A stretch of 64,000 nt of DNA from the NCBI GenBank assembly GCA_946409515.1, contig CAMJWS010000002.1, forward strand, positions 188,642-252,641, written 5' to 3'. Made by a program: the position numbers and the translations under genes. This DNA comes from an uncultured Bacillales bacterium. Lineage in GTDB: Bacteria; Bacillota_I; Bacilli_A; RFN20; CAG-826. This document shows positions 9,880 to 19,935 of this stretch, one piece after another (position 1 is the stretch's first letter; each line of letters begins with the position of its first letter). The notes under the pieces are model-generated. The model did no database searches. It was given only the letters and a program-made list of their open reading frames with translations, and was not told the origin of the DNA.

Positions 9880-11012
9880 TGTTTAATCTCCTTAAGGATT
9901 TCTTCTAAGTTTTTAATTAGTGCCTCTACTTCTTCAAGGGTGTTATCTTTATCAAAAGATATACGAATCGTATTATGGGCAAGATTTAAATCTTGATACA
10001 TCGCATAGACGACTTTACTATAGTCTTCATTCTTCGCGTGGCATGCGCTTAATGAGGAAACCATAATACCGCGATTAGATAAGGCTTCTACTACGACACT
10101 GGCTTTATGATGAAGTAGAGAGAAGTTAACGATATATGGATTATCTTCATTATATGAATTAATAAGATATTTATCTTTGTTATCTTTTAGATAGCATAAC
10201 AACCTTTCACTTAAGGCTTTAACTTTGTTAAAGTTAGTAGTCTCACCTTCAATCGAAAGTCTAAGGGCTTTCGCTAAGGAAGCAGAAAGGGCTAAGGTGT
10301 TAGTGCCGCTTCTTAAATTGTTTTCTTGCCCCCCGCCTTGGTTCACCGCTTTTAGGATGATTTTCTTTTCTTTAATTAATAAACCTGAACCTAATAAGCC
10401 ATGTATCTTATGACCAGCGATAGAGAACATATCGATATTATTGAAATCCAATGGTAATTTACCAATGGCTTGAACCATATCAACATGGAAGGCAATTTTA
10501 GGGAATTTCTTAAGGTATTCGCCAACTTCTTTAATTGGATTAATGGCCCCGACTTCATTATTGACCATCATAAGAGAAACTAGGATTGTATCTTCTCTAA
10601 TTGCTGCCTTTAAAGAATTAACCTCTATTTGCCCTTCTTTATTAACTGGAAGAACAGTGACTTCAAAGCCGAAATCTTGCATCTCTAAAACCGTGTTTAA
10701 AACTGAAGGATGCTCAGTTGCGCTTGTGATAATGTGTTTACCACGGTTACGATTCGCAAAGCAGTATCCTTTTATAGCGAGGTTATTAGCCTCTGTAGCG
10801 CCACTAGTAAAGATCACCTCGTGATGAGTGAGTTTGAGAACATTTAAAATTTGTTCACGACTTTTATCTAATAGACGTGAAGATTCTTGACCAAGAGAAT
10901 GGATGCTGCTCGGATTTGCGAAATATTTAAGTGTAATTTGATTGTAAGAGTTTAATACTTCAGGATCAACTTTAGTTGTGGCAGCATTATCTAAGTAGAT
11001 AACATTAGTCAT
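9876..11012 (-). CDS. nifZ: Cysteine desulfurase (NifZ/IscS-like), ThiI partner
   Basis: YLDNAATT, FTSGATEANN, GHKIHG, RSGT, SSLSAC; ezrA-nifZ-thiI synteny. Confidence 0.92.
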   Translation of the reverse strand: MTNVIYLDNAATTKVDPEVLNSYNQITLKYFANPSSIHSLGQESSRLLDKSREQILNVLKLTHHEVIFTSGATEANNLAIKGYCFANRNRGKHIITSATEHPSVLNTVLEMQDFGFEVTVLPVNKEGQIEVNSLKAAIREDTILVSLMMVNNEVGAINPIKEVGEYLKKFPKIAFHVDMVQAIGKLPLDFNNIDMFSIAGHKIHGLLGSGLLIKEKKIILKAVNQGGGQENNLRSGTNTLALSASLAKALRLSIEGETTNFNKVKALSERLLCYLKDNKDKYLINSYNEDNPYIVNFSLLHHKASVVVEALSNRGIMVSSLSACHAKNEDYSKVVYAMYQDLNLAHNTIRISFDKDNTLEEVEALIKNLEEILKEIKQ

Positions 11013-12741
11013 TAGCGGTACCTGTATCCTCTACGTGCATACGCTTAAAGATAGCGTTGGCTTCGTGATAAACTTTAACGAATTCGCCTTGATAGAATTC
11101 TTGTTCAAGAGCACTTAATTGTTGATGGACATCATCTTGATGATTTCTATCTCTATTAGCGTAGACAACCGCTGATTCGGCAAGTTGCATTTCTCTAAAC
11201 TTGTTTTCGATTTCATCGAATAAGGCATTGGCGTTACCTTTTAAGCTAGCGACCTTTTCGTTGATTTCATCAACAGCGATTGGTTGGACTTTAATGGCTT
11301 TATCGATTTCGTTTAATAAGTCGTAGCAATCCTCAATACGCACTTTATATGGTTCAGAGAATTCTGGAATAGCGATTTCTCTAAGTAAGCTTTCTTCTTG
11401 TTTGAGTCGATAATAATAAACAAACACTAAAGTGTAGGCTTCTTCACTACTGGTCTTTAAGAATTCGATGTATTGTTTGAATTCTTCCATACCTTCTTTA
11501 GCGGTAGCATATTGGTTATTTAACTCATCAAGTTTACCTTTTAAGGTAGAGAAAGGTTGTTTTAAGGAACTATGAACATAGTTATCTAAGGACTGTTTAG
11601 TGGTACCTAGGGAGTTCATAGTTTGCTTTAATGCTTCGACCTTTTCTTTACGCTCATCTGTCACTACATATGTGCGGTAAAGACCTGGTAAAAGAGAGCA
11701 GATCTTTAAGAATGATTTTTCTAAATCGACGACATTTTGATAAATTTCTTCATTATGTGTTTCAAAGAAGTTCTTATCGCTTTGTTCGTTGTTTAAGAGT
11801 TCTCTCATCTCTTCAATTTCACTTTGAAGTGCATCCAAAGATTCCATGATATTACCAATTTGTAACTTAGTTAAACGAGTGCGAATGATATTTAAATCAT
11901 TGTTCCATTCACCTAACTTAGTTTGGAAAGCAAGGTTATATAATGGTAGACCTTGTGCTTCTAATGCTTCATAGTCTTTCTTTAAATCTTCGATTTTTTC
12001 TGGGATCACTGTATTCACTAAGATACAGAGATTTGGTAATTGGCTTAAAGCGCTTTCTAAAGCAGACACCACTTTAGTGATTGTTGGTAATAAACTTTGA
12101 GCATCATCATATTCCGCACTTTCGATATGTGTTTCAAATTCCACGAACATTTGATCGAGCTTATCAAATACTTGGTTAATAGAGGAGCTGACTAAATCTA
12201 AGTCAGAGCTATTCGCATAGAATGTTTGTTTAACACGTCTATAACTTTCTTTGAGTTTAAGAATGGATTGACGAGAATCTTCTTCTGGCTTAATAAGTGT
12301 ATATAAGTCATTATCTAATGCGTTAACTTTATCTTCGAAGACTTTCATCGCTTTCTTGGTGTCACCGATAACAGTTTTAATATTTTTGAACTGCTTATTA
12401 TTAATAAGAGCGTTTAATTGTTTGAGCATGGATTCCGCGAACTTATCATCGTTTTCATAGATTTCTTTAAATCTACGAGAGAACTTTTCATGCTTATCAA
12501 CATAAAGTAAGTTTGTTCTAGAAATGATTTCTAAACGATGGATGTATTGGGAGTCTTGACCAATTAAAAGAGCATCAAGATAGGAGTATTTCTTTTGTAA
12601 TTCACGAACTTGGTGTTTGATTCTATTTCTGGAAATAACAAAGTGATAAAGAAGGAAGAGTAAAACACCGAGCACTATAGAGCCACCAATGGCAGCGACA
12701 ATAACTGCTACTCGTTCACCACTAGAAAGAAGTATATACAT
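11005..12741 (-). CDS. ezrA: Septation ring formation regulator EzrA
   Basis: N-terminal TM, long coiled coil, C-terminal YANR patch; position beside nifZ-thiI and rpsD. Confidence 0.85.
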   Translation of the reverse strand: MYILLSSGERVAVIVAAIGGSIVLGVLLFLLYHFVISRNRIKHQVRELQKKYSYLDALLIGQDSQYIHRLEIISRTNLLYVDKHEKFSRRFKEIYENDDKFAESMLKQLNALINNKQFKNIKTVIGDTKKAMKVFEDKVNALDNDLYTLIKPEEDSRQSILKLKESYRRVKQTFYANSSDLDLVSSSINQVFDKLDQMFVEFETHIESAEYDDAQSLLPTITKVVSALESALSQLPNLCILVNTVIPEKIEDLKKDYEALEAQGLPLYNLAFQTKLGEWNNDLNIIRTRLTKLQIGNIMESLDALQSEIEEMRELLNNEQSDKNFFETHNEEIYQNVVDLEKSFLKICSLLPGLYRTYVVTDERKEKVEALKQTMNSLGTTKQSLDNYVHSSLKQPFSTLKGKLDELNNQYATAKEGMEEFKQYIEFLKTSSEEAYTLVFVYYYRLKQEESLLREIAIPEFSEPYKVRIEDCYDLLNEIDKAIKVQPIAVDEINEKVASLKGNANALFDEIENKFREMQLAESAVVYANRDRNHQDDVHQQLSALEQEFYQGEFVKVYHEANAIFKRMHVEDTGTAND

Positions 12742-12887
12742 AAAGGAAGCCTCCTTGATAATTGACTAATAAAACATATGGCTTTAGCCACACTATTATT
12801 CTAACGAATTTCACCCTTGAGTTAAAAGTATTTTTAAGAAATATTCTATTTATTAAAGATAGTGAGACAAAAAACACTAACATAATT

Positions 12888-12916
12888 TTGCATTTTCTTT
12901 AGCAGTTTTCTATATT
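12888..12916 (+). promoter_or_regulatory. SigA-type promoter of the small membrane gene trio
   Basis: TTGCAT-17 nt-TATATT. Confidence 0.6.
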
Positions 12917-13028
12917 TAATGTGTCTAATAAGCGAGAGGCAAAAGCCACGATTGATATCGATAATTAATGGTCTCTCTAGTGTTATAGATTTATAACCTA
13001 CTTAACCACTAAAGAAAGGAACAATATT

Positions 13029-13331
13029 ATGGGAGCCGTATTTCTCTTATACTTGTTATATCCATTCATTATCATCATCGGTGCACTTCTGCTTGGAGCA
13101 GTAATTATTTCTTTAATTGTGTTTATTAATAACATGAAAAACGGCGCGAATAATAAATGGCCTACAAAGAATATAGTGGGCGCAATTATCTCTGGGATTA
13201 TTTTCACCATTGCTTTAATCATTATTATTGTTTGTTTCATGGGTACATTTGACTCCTTCTCAATTGGTTCTCCAGCTTCTAATCCATCTTCAAGCGAAGC
13301 CGCTATTGCTTTGATGGCTATGAATCTATAG
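13029..13331 (+). CDS. Small 2-TM membrane protein, NKW family copy 1
   Basis: SD AAAGGA; hydrophobic hairpin with KNGANNKWP loop. Confidence 0.75.
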   Translation: MGAVFLLYLLYPFIIIIGALLLGAVIISLIVFINNMKNGANNKWPTKNIVGAIISGIIFTIALIIIIVCFMGTFDSFSIGSPASNPSSSEAAIALMAMNL

Positions 13332-13349
13332 AAAGGTGGAATAAAGCTT

Positions 13350-13565
13350 ATGATGTCAGGACTTGGAACTGCACTAGGTAACTTAATAATGATTTTTACG
13401 GGACTTTTGCTTATTCCTGCAGTAGCAGTATTCATCATTTTGTTAATAAAATGCATTAAGAATAAATGGAAAAGAGGATTGCTTGCACCATTTATCGTTA
13501 TTTCGATAATCATAACAATCATAATCGTTTGTGAAGCTTCTTATCTCATTGATATGATGTTTTAA
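13350..13565 (+). CDS. Small 2-TM membrane protein, NKW family copy 2
   Basis: SD AAAGGTGG; KCIKNKWKR loop. Confidence 0.7.
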   Translation: MMSGLGTALGNLIMIFTGLLLIPAVAVFIILLIKCIKNKWKRGLLAPFIVISIIITIIIVCEASYLIDMMF

Positions 13566-13605
13566 AACAATTGCGATTAATTCATAAAAAATGTAGAGTA
13601 TTGTC

Positions 13606-13935
13606 ATGGCGTTTATTGGAGCATTTTTTGTTACAATTCTCATCGGCATCTTTGGTGTACTAGTCTGGATTGCATTAGCACTCATCGTTTTAGCAATCCT
13701 TTTTATTTTCATTCCATGCTTAATCATCGCCATTATCAATTTAATAAAGGGCGCTAAGAATAAGTGGCCAAAGAGAAATGTAATTCCTCTTGTGATTACT
13801 GGTCCAATTTCTATATTGTTCCTTCTTGCAATCACGATTTTTTTAATTGCGGCACTTGTCGTTTATATATCAAATCCATCTTTTGGATCTAGCAGTAGCA
13901 GTTCCGCTCAAATCGCTCTACTTTACTTCATGTAG
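13606..13935 (+). CDS. Small membrane protein, NKW family copy 3
   Basis: KGAKNKWP loop and NPS..SSSS.A.IAL tail shared with copy 1. Confidence 0.75.
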   Translation: MAFIGAFFVTILIGIFGVLVWIALALIVLAILFIFIPCLIIAIINLIKGAKNKWPKRNVIPLVITGPISILFLLAITIFLIAALVVYISNPSFGSSSSSSAQIALLYFM

Positions 13936-13970
13936 GAGTTATATTTAGACTATTAAACTATTTGCCACAC

Positions 13971-13997
13971 GACTTGCTTTATAAGCAGGTCTTTTTT
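13971..13997 (+). terminator. Rho-independent terminator
   Basis: GACTTGCTT-TAT-AAGCAGGTC-TTTTTT. Confidence 0.8.
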
Positions 13998-14061
13998 ATT
14001 GGTGGATTAAAAATATAATTTTTTGGTTGACTGATTTAACAGATTTCTATATATTATTAAC

Positions 14062-14225
14062 TGCATGTAATGCAGCATGTGAATACAATCCGACCGACGT
14101 TTGATACGGCTGTGACGAAGTAACCAAAGCTCTAAGGTGAAACGTATAATCAAACATCCGGGATAAGGAATTCACACCTATTCATTATTTTGCGAAAGAA
14201 AAATAAAGGAAAGGAAGGATAGATC
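14062..14225 (+). ncRNA. Probable rpsD (S4) autoregulatory leader
   Basis: Promoter TTGACT-17-TATATT (14027-14055), then about 165 nt of relatively GC-rich leader with nested pairings (TGTGAAT/ATTCACA, GTTTGAT/ATCAAAC). Confidence 0.6.
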
Positions 14226-14831
14226 ATGAGATACACAGGATCAGATTGGAAAAGATCTCGTCGTTTAGGTTTTTCCACATTAGAAACTAACAAAGAATTA
14301 GCAAAACGTCCTTATGGCCCAGGCCAACATGGTAACACCCGTCGTAAAAAGAATTCTGAATACGGCAAACAATTAATTGAAAAACAAAAATTAAGACAAA
14401 TGTACGGTGTTAACGAAAGACAATTCAGACGTTTATTCATGCTTGCTTTAGCAAGTAAAGAAGTTACTGGTGTTGCTTTCATGAAATTACTCGAATCCCG
14501 TTTAGATAACTTAGTTTATAGAATGGGTTTTGCTAGAACTAGAAGAGGCGCTAGACAATTAGTCAACCACGGCCACATCGAAGTTAACGGCAAAAAGTTA
14601 GACATCCCATCAGCTTTATTAACAGTTGGTGATGTCGTGAGCGTGAGAGAAAATAGTAAAGACCTCAAAGTGATTAAAGAATCCCTCGAAACCTTAGGCA
14701 CTAAAGTGGGCTGGGTTGAAGTGGATGCTGAAAAGTTATCTGGTAAATATGTCCGTGAAGTCGAACGTAAAGAATTACCACAAGATATCACAGAATCACA
14801 AATCGTCGAATACTACAACCGTAAACTCTAA
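14226..14831 (+). CDS. rpsD: 30S ribosomal protein S4
   Basis: [38 protein letters not shown]. Confidence 0.98.
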   Translation: MRYTGSDWKRSRRLGFSTLETNKELAKRPYGPGQHGNTRRKKNSEYGKQLIEKQKLRQMYGVNERQFRRLFMLALASKEVTGVAFMKLLESRLDNLVYRMGFARTRRGARQLVNHGHIEVNGKKLDIPSALLTVGDVVSVRENSKDLKVIKESLETLGTKVGWVEVDAEKLSGKYVREVERKELPQDITESQIVEYYNRKL

Positions 14832-14847
14832 TATTAAAGAGCAAACT

Positions 14848-14877
14848 AAACTGTTCCAGAAATGGGACAGTTTTTTT
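14848..14877 (+). terminator. Rho-independent terminator
   Basis: AAACTGTTCC-AGAAAT-GGGACAGTTT-TTTT. Confidence 0.8.
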
Positions 14878-14941
14878 ATGCTTTTTATTCTTTATTTATC
14901 CTATAAATATTTATATAATCATTTTCTTGGAGGGTAAACCA

Positions 14942-17323
14942 ATGAAAAAACATATATTAAAGTCATTAGTTTTATTAGCCAGTATCTCTTTAGCCGCTTG
15001 TGATATTCAAGGTGGTAAGAGCGATACATCTTCTAATACATCTAGTGAGCAACCAACAGTTACTTCCAGTTCATCTAGCGAAGTAACAAGTGCGGATTCT
15101 ACTTCTAGTAACTCATCTAGTAGTACAGTAAGTAGTTCTTCTAGCGCATATAACACAAGTAGTAGTTCATCCACTACTTCATCAAATCCTATTTCAAGTT
15201 CTAGTAGTTCATCTTCTAGTAGCAGTGTCATTCCTGATGATACTTCTTTAGATGCGGTGATTGCTAAATTCACTGATGGTTTAAATTTTAAAGTGCCATC
15301 ACTTAACAAATATAGCTTAGATTATTTTGTCTATTACTATTACGCTTATGAGGAATATCGTGTTGCTGCGACCGCTTTAGTGGGTGGTGATGCAATTGAA
15401 AGTGAGCTTGTTACTTTATGTAATAACGAAACCACATTAGTCTCTATGAATGACGATTACCTCTACCCTGTGGAAGAAGTCGGTTATATGTATGGTAACG
15501 ATGAATTTGGTAGCGATGTCTCTATAACATTCTATAGTGAAGGTGACCAATTCTATTTTGAAATTGGTAGAGCTGAAGGTGCTGGTAAATTAGATGTCTC
15601 TGGCGTTGATACTAATTGGTATGTTGACTATGTCAACTTTGAAGGCTATACCGTTGTGGAAACTTTCCCAAGTGCCTTAATTAATAGTTTCTTCGAAACA
15701 AATGTTACTATCCCATCTATGGGTGAAGGTAACTATCCAGCCTTAATTATTCCTTATACTGAAGATGAAGACGGCACAGTCTCTCCTGATTCATTCCGCT
15801 TCATCATGGAAGGTGATAAGATTAACGCTTTCGCTACTGCTTTAGAAGGCGCTGGCCTTGGTGTTAATGTCCAAGAAGAAATTGGCTTAGATGAAATGTG
15901 GGAAGAATATACATATTATATTGGTTCCGCTTATGATCAAGCTCATAGCTTATATTTCTCCTTCATGCTCGATAATAGTTCTAACACCTTAGTGGCCGTT
16001 AATAAGTTCCATGATGTGATGGTTGACGAATTAACCGAAAACACTGATTGGACAGATGATGAAAAAGCCTTAATGGAAAGCACCTTATATGAATGCTTAC
16101 CATTTATGAAGTTTGGTGTTGATTACTATCTAGAAGATGAATCTGATGAAGACTATAACTACTTATTCTTAGGCGACTATTATTATCAAGATTTAACAAG
16201 CGCATACGCTGAAGTCTTAAAAGCCAACGGCTTTAAAGAAGATTTAGAAACATACTACACTCCTTGCTATACATTAGATAATGGTTGTGTCTATATTGAA
16301 ATCTTTATTTATTACAACTTCGGCAACTGCTTAGAAATCTATTTCTCAGATACACACAAACCAATTCTTTGCGACTTCGCTTTAAATATTAGTGAATTAG
16401 ATATCGTTAAAGGCGTTGGTTATCAATTACAACCAGTCTTTGATCCAGAAGATGCCTTTAATAAGATTATTTGGACAAGTGATAACGAAAGTGTCGCCAC
16501 TGTTAATGATAACGGCTTTGTGAGTATTAAGAATACCGCTGAAGAAGGCGCTACAGCCACTATTACAGCCACATGCTTAAACGGTATGAGTGCAACTTGC
16601 ACATTCACCGTTAAAGAAAACGTTGTCACTGGCATTATGTTCGAACAAGATACTTACACTATTGTGCCAGGAGAATCTATCCAAACTCAATATGCTTTAT
16701 TACCATATGGTGCTACTTCATCATCATATGAAGTCGAATACAGCGTTAATCCAGCTGATGCAGGTATTAGTGTTGGTCCTTATGATGGAGTGATTACCGC
16801 TAGTGATGATGCAGTAGCGGGTACTGAAGTCACATTAACTATTACTTATAACGGTGTTTATACTGGTACCGCTAAAGTTATTGTTAAGAGTGCTTCTATC
16901 ACTCATACCTTAAATCAAGAATTCTTTGGTTTAGAAGATGGTAAGACTGTTTATGACACACATACAGTTACCACTGATGATGGCACCTATTACGAAGCAT
17001 ACTGTGCTTCTGAACACGGTATCCAAATTAGAACCAAGAAAAATAGCTCTGGTATCATCGCTCGTAATGATAATTTGAAATGCAAATCTATCACTATTAC
17101 ATTTGATAACAATACCATTAGTGGAAGAGTTGTTGAAATCTATGCTTCTGTAACCGCATTCGATATCACTGATATGTATGGTACTTCAGTCACTAAAGTG
17201 GGCACTATTTCCGCTGATGGAAATAGCTTCACTTATGAATTCACTGATAACTATTCCTATATCGGTTTAAGAAGTTCTGATGGCGCTATTTATATCACTT
17301 CTATTGATATCATTTGGGGCTAA
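14942..17323 (+). CDS. Large acidic lipoprotein with Ser-rich linker and Ig-like (Big_2) domains
   Basis: MKKHILK...LAAC lipobox; about 75-aa Ser/Thr tract; WTSDNESVATVNDNG...ATITAT Ig-like motif. Confidence 0.85.
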   Translation: MKKHILKSLVLLASISLAACDIQGGKSDTSSNTSSEQPTVTSSSSSEVTSADSTSSNSSSSTVSSSSSAYNTSSSSSTTSSNPISSSSSSSSSSSVIPDDTSLDAVIAKFTDGLNFKVPSLNKYSLDYFVYYYYAYEEYRVAATALVGGDAIESELVTLCNNETTLVSMNDDYLYPVEEVGYMYGNDEFGSDVSITFYSEGDQFYFEIGRAEGAGKLDVSGVDTNWYVDYVNFEGYTVVETFPSALINSFFETNVTIPSMGEGNYPALIIPYTEDEDGTVSPDSFRFIMEGDKINAFATALEGAGLGVNVQEEIGLDEMWEEYTYYIGSAYDQAHSLYFSFMLDNSSNTLVAVNKFHDVMVDELTENTDWTDDEKALMESTLYECLPFMKFGVDYYLEDESDEDYNYLFLGDYYYQDLTSAYAEVLKANGFKEDLETYYTPCYTLDNGCVYIEIFIYYNFGNCLEIYFSDTHKPILCDFALNISELDIVKGVGYQLQPVFDPEDAFNKIIWTSDNESVATVNDNGFVSIKNTAEEGATATITATCLNGMSATCTFTVKENVVTGIMFEQDTYTIVPGESIQTQYALLPYGATSSSYEVEYSVNPADAGISVGPYDGVITASDDAVAGTEVTLTITYNGVYTGTAKVIVKSASITHTLNQEFFGLEDGKTVYDTHTVTTDDGTYYEAYCASEHGIQIRTKKNSSGIIARNDNLKCKSITITFDNNTISGRVVEIYASVTAFDITDMYGTSVTKVGTISADGNSFTYEFTDNYSYIGLRSSDGAIYITSIDIIWG

Positions 17324-17340
17324 TTAATAAGCACATAAGA

Positions 17341-17372
17341 AAAAATGCTGTCTCGGTTGGGACAGCATTTTT
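17341..17372. terminator. Bidirectional terminator
   Basis: AAAAATGCTGTC-N8-GACAGCATTTTT. Confidence 0.85.
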
Positions 17373-17477
17373 ACTAAACTACGATAATTCAAGAATTATT
17401 ACTTTTCTCTCATTTTTTCCCACATAAGACCACGAGTGTGATATGGCTCTTTTTCATCAAGTCTCGGTCACTTCTCC

Positions 17478-18743
17478 TTATTTTATTGTCTCCACTATTC
17501 GGATATATCTACGCAAGGCATATTCACCATCATGACTTTCACCTGGTAACATTCTAGAATTGTCTCCTAATGGGGTGATTCTTGTGACTCCCGCTTTTGC
17601 GAGATTTCTTACTATTTCTTCTTTATCCTTAATATTTATATTAATAGAGACTGTTTGTAAGAGATTCTTATTTGGTTTTAAGACTCTGATAATATCTTCT
17701 TTCTTTAAGGCTTTGATCCAGATGTTTTGGAATAGATATGATAACTCCAATTTATCATCATCTTTAACTATGATGGATATTCCATCTTGGTTATAAATAT
17801 TAGGGGCATTTCCCTCTAACTTCTCGTTATAGATAAGTAAGGAGTTTTTAGCTTTCATAGTTAGAGGCAATGTATTCATCTCTTTACTAACTTTAGCGAA
17901 TATTGGTAACACTCTTTTAGCAAAGCTATGTAGTTCTTCTTTACTATTTGTATTCATATAGATGCCTTGAGATGATGAACAGAATAATTGATTAGATAAG
18001 CATATGGATTTACATAAGGCTTCTATCTCTTCATCGGTCACACTATTATCGACATAACTAAAGGATATCTTATGTCCCCAGGAGATGATGGATGAATGGA
18101 TATCGACAAATGCTCTAGCGGCCCTTTGGGCTTCATCCCCACCCCACACTATTGTGGCGTCAGCGAGATTAGATAACTCTTTAATAGTGTCTACTTCTGT
18201 GCTTGGTACGTCAAAGACGTAAATATAATCTTTTAATAATGGTTCTTCTTTAATGAGTTCTTTTAGTAATAAGACTGATAAACCATTATCTCCTGTTGGG
18301 AGTTTTAAGATATTGATATTACCCACTAGTAGGCCTTCCACGACACTATAGGCTGGAAGAAGATCAACATTACCCGCGGCAATATGGAATAAGATACCTA
18401 ATGGTTCATAATAACGGTTATTATCATTATCTAAAGAGAGTACACCATTCTTTAATTCCCCTAATTCGATATCAATCTTTTTTAATAATCCTTCCTTAGA
18501 GAAACAGTTCGCGTATCTTTCTAGTGCACTATAAGGCATATTAAGGGCTTTTAATAAAGGTAAAGCAACATCATCAAATTCATGATTCATCACTCTTTGA
18601 TATAACTTATCACAAGCGCTTATGACAGTTTGATAAGATAATGTTCCATTATTCTGCAAAGTCAAAAGCATATCTTCTTTTAGGCTAGAGATAAGTTCAT
18701 TTTGTTTATCATTAGGATAGATATTACCTTTATATAGAATCAT
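17478..18743 (-). CDS. luxC: LuxC-family acyl-CoA reductase
   Basis: PLGILFHIAAGNV, WGGDEA, GHKISF, NQLFCSS (putative catalytic Cys), GVTRI...SHDG. Confidence 0.88.
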   Translation of the reverse strand: MILYKGNIYPNDKQNELISSLKEDMLLTLQNNGTLSYQTVISACDKLYQRVMNHEFDDVALPLLKALNMPYSALERYANCFSKEGLLKKIDIELGELKNGVLSLDNDNNRYYEPLGILFHIAAGNVDLLPAYSVVEGLLVGNINILKLPTGDNGLSVLLLKELIKEEPLLKDYIYVFDVPSTEVDTIKELSNLADATIVWGGDEAQRAARAFVDIHSSIISWGHKISFSYVDNSVTDEEIEALCKSICLSNQLFCSSSQGIYMNTNSKEELHSFAKRVLPIFAKVSKEMNTLPLTMKAKNSLLIYNEKLEGNAPNIYNQDGISIIVKDDDKLELSYLFQNIWIKALKKEDIIRVLKPNKNLLQTVSININIKDKEEIVRNLAKAGVTRITPLGDNSRMLPGESHDGEYALRRYIRIVETIK

Positions 18744-19864
18744 ACTTTATCTCCTTTTAAGAGTTCTTCCGCGCCGGCAGCGCAGGTCTTAATATCTTCA
18801 ATACCACTTCTGCCTAATATTTCTAGATACATCGACTTTTCCCCACACGGACAACTTTCTTCATGCAAGATACCTAAGTCATCAGTCATGATAGATAAGA
18901 TAGGAGTGCCTATACTCATAGGTGTTAATAAATTAATTAAACCAACTTGACCTGGTTTAAGTGGTTTAAGTGTTTCAACATCTCTAATGATGATTCTCGC
19001 ATAGTTAGGGATATGGAAATGATGATAGCGACAATCTGTATAGAGGATTGGATGTTCCACCGCGCCAAAGAATTCAAAGACGTGTTTATCATCGATTCCT
19101 AATATTTCATTAACTAAATCATAGAAGACTTGTTTATCAACTTTCTCTTTATAGAATGATTTCCATCCTCCCCCTAGGGATATAATCGAACCTTTGGGCA
19201 TTTTTAGCCTGATTCCTTTATTTTTCATCTGTTCTAGAAGGAAATATGTATAAGCAGGAAAACCAAGCGTCCTAATCGGTGTTTTGCCTTTAGAGTATTT
19301 AATTAATTTCTTTTCTAAATTATCAAGATCTACTTTATAGCCTTCTTTAGTCCACCTAATAGCGTAGTCCTTACTTAAGGCAGGAGATAAGAAAGTAAAC
19401 CCATGCGCGGTCTTCGCTATTGCTTTATCATTACCTTTATGTGGTTCATAGCCAAACACTATATAGCGATGTGGTCTTATTGACCATAGATGATGATAAG
19501 AAAACACTCTTCTCACCATATCCCAACCTCTTAATAAGTCAGTAAATGTGAGGCCCACTAAAGAGACATTCTTACCAGATGTACCACTAGAAGTGGCTTT
19601 AACCCAGTAACGGTTATTCTTAAGAGTCAACAAATTATGATGTTTAAAATATAAAGTTGGTAAGAATGGGATATTGGCTAAATCATCATAACTATTTAAA
19701 TCAGTTATAGGATTAAAACCCATCTTATCTAATAGCGCTTTATATTGTTTATTATGCTTATAGTGATATAGACAGTTCTCTTTCATCGCCTGATAAAAGA
19801 GATCGTCATTAAGACAATAAATCTTTTTCTTTCTCGTTTTAAATAACGATGACATTTTGCTCAT
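18740..19864 (-). CDS. luxE: LuxE-family acyl-protein synthetase
   Basis: IPFLP, TSSGTSG, LGFPAY, GGGWK, FGAVEHP, SIMTDDLG, ILGR...TCA; start uncertain (19864-19882). Confidence 0.88.
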   Translation of the reverse strand: MSKMSSLFKTRKKKIYCLNDDLFYQAMKENCLYHYKHNKQYKALLDKMGFNPITDLNSYDDLANIPFLPTLYFKHHNLLTLKNNRYWVKATSSGTSGKNVSLVGLTFTDLLRGWDMVRRVFSYHHLWSIRPHRYIVFGYEPHKGNDKAIAKTAHGFTFLSPALSKDYAIRWTKEGYKVDLDNLEKKLIKYSKGKTPIRTLGFPAYTYFLLEQMKNKGIRLKMPKGSIISLGGGWKSFYKEKVDKQVFYDLVNEILGIDDKHVFEFFGAVEHPILYTDCRYHHFHIPNYARIIIRDVETLKPLKPGQVGLINLLTPMSIGTPILSIMTDDLGILHEESCPCGEKSMYLEILGRSGIEDIKTCAAGAEELLKGDKV

Positions 19865-19885
19865 AGAAAAAGAATACATCATTAC

Positions 19886-19917
19886 AAAGAAAAAGTCACT
19901 TGCGTGACCTTTCTTTT
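19886..19917. terminator. Terminator after the large LRR gene
   Basis: AAAGAAAAAGTCAC-TTGC-GTGACCTTTCTTTTT. Confidence 0.65.
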
Positions 19918-19935
19918 ATTTATAGATGTGAATCA

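Noticed and set aside
12998-13835. Antisense ORFs of 174 and 130 aa over the membrane trio
   Set aside because: Shadow frames of Ile-rich genes; promoter, SD sites and terminator support the plus strand.
15020-15230. Repetitive TCT/AGT tracts (also about 4070-4146 and 22520-22720)
   Set aside because: Degenerate serine codons of linker regions, not tandem arrays or CRISPR.
17478-19882. Bioluminescence operon
   Set aside because: No luxA, luxB, luxD or luxG in the window.
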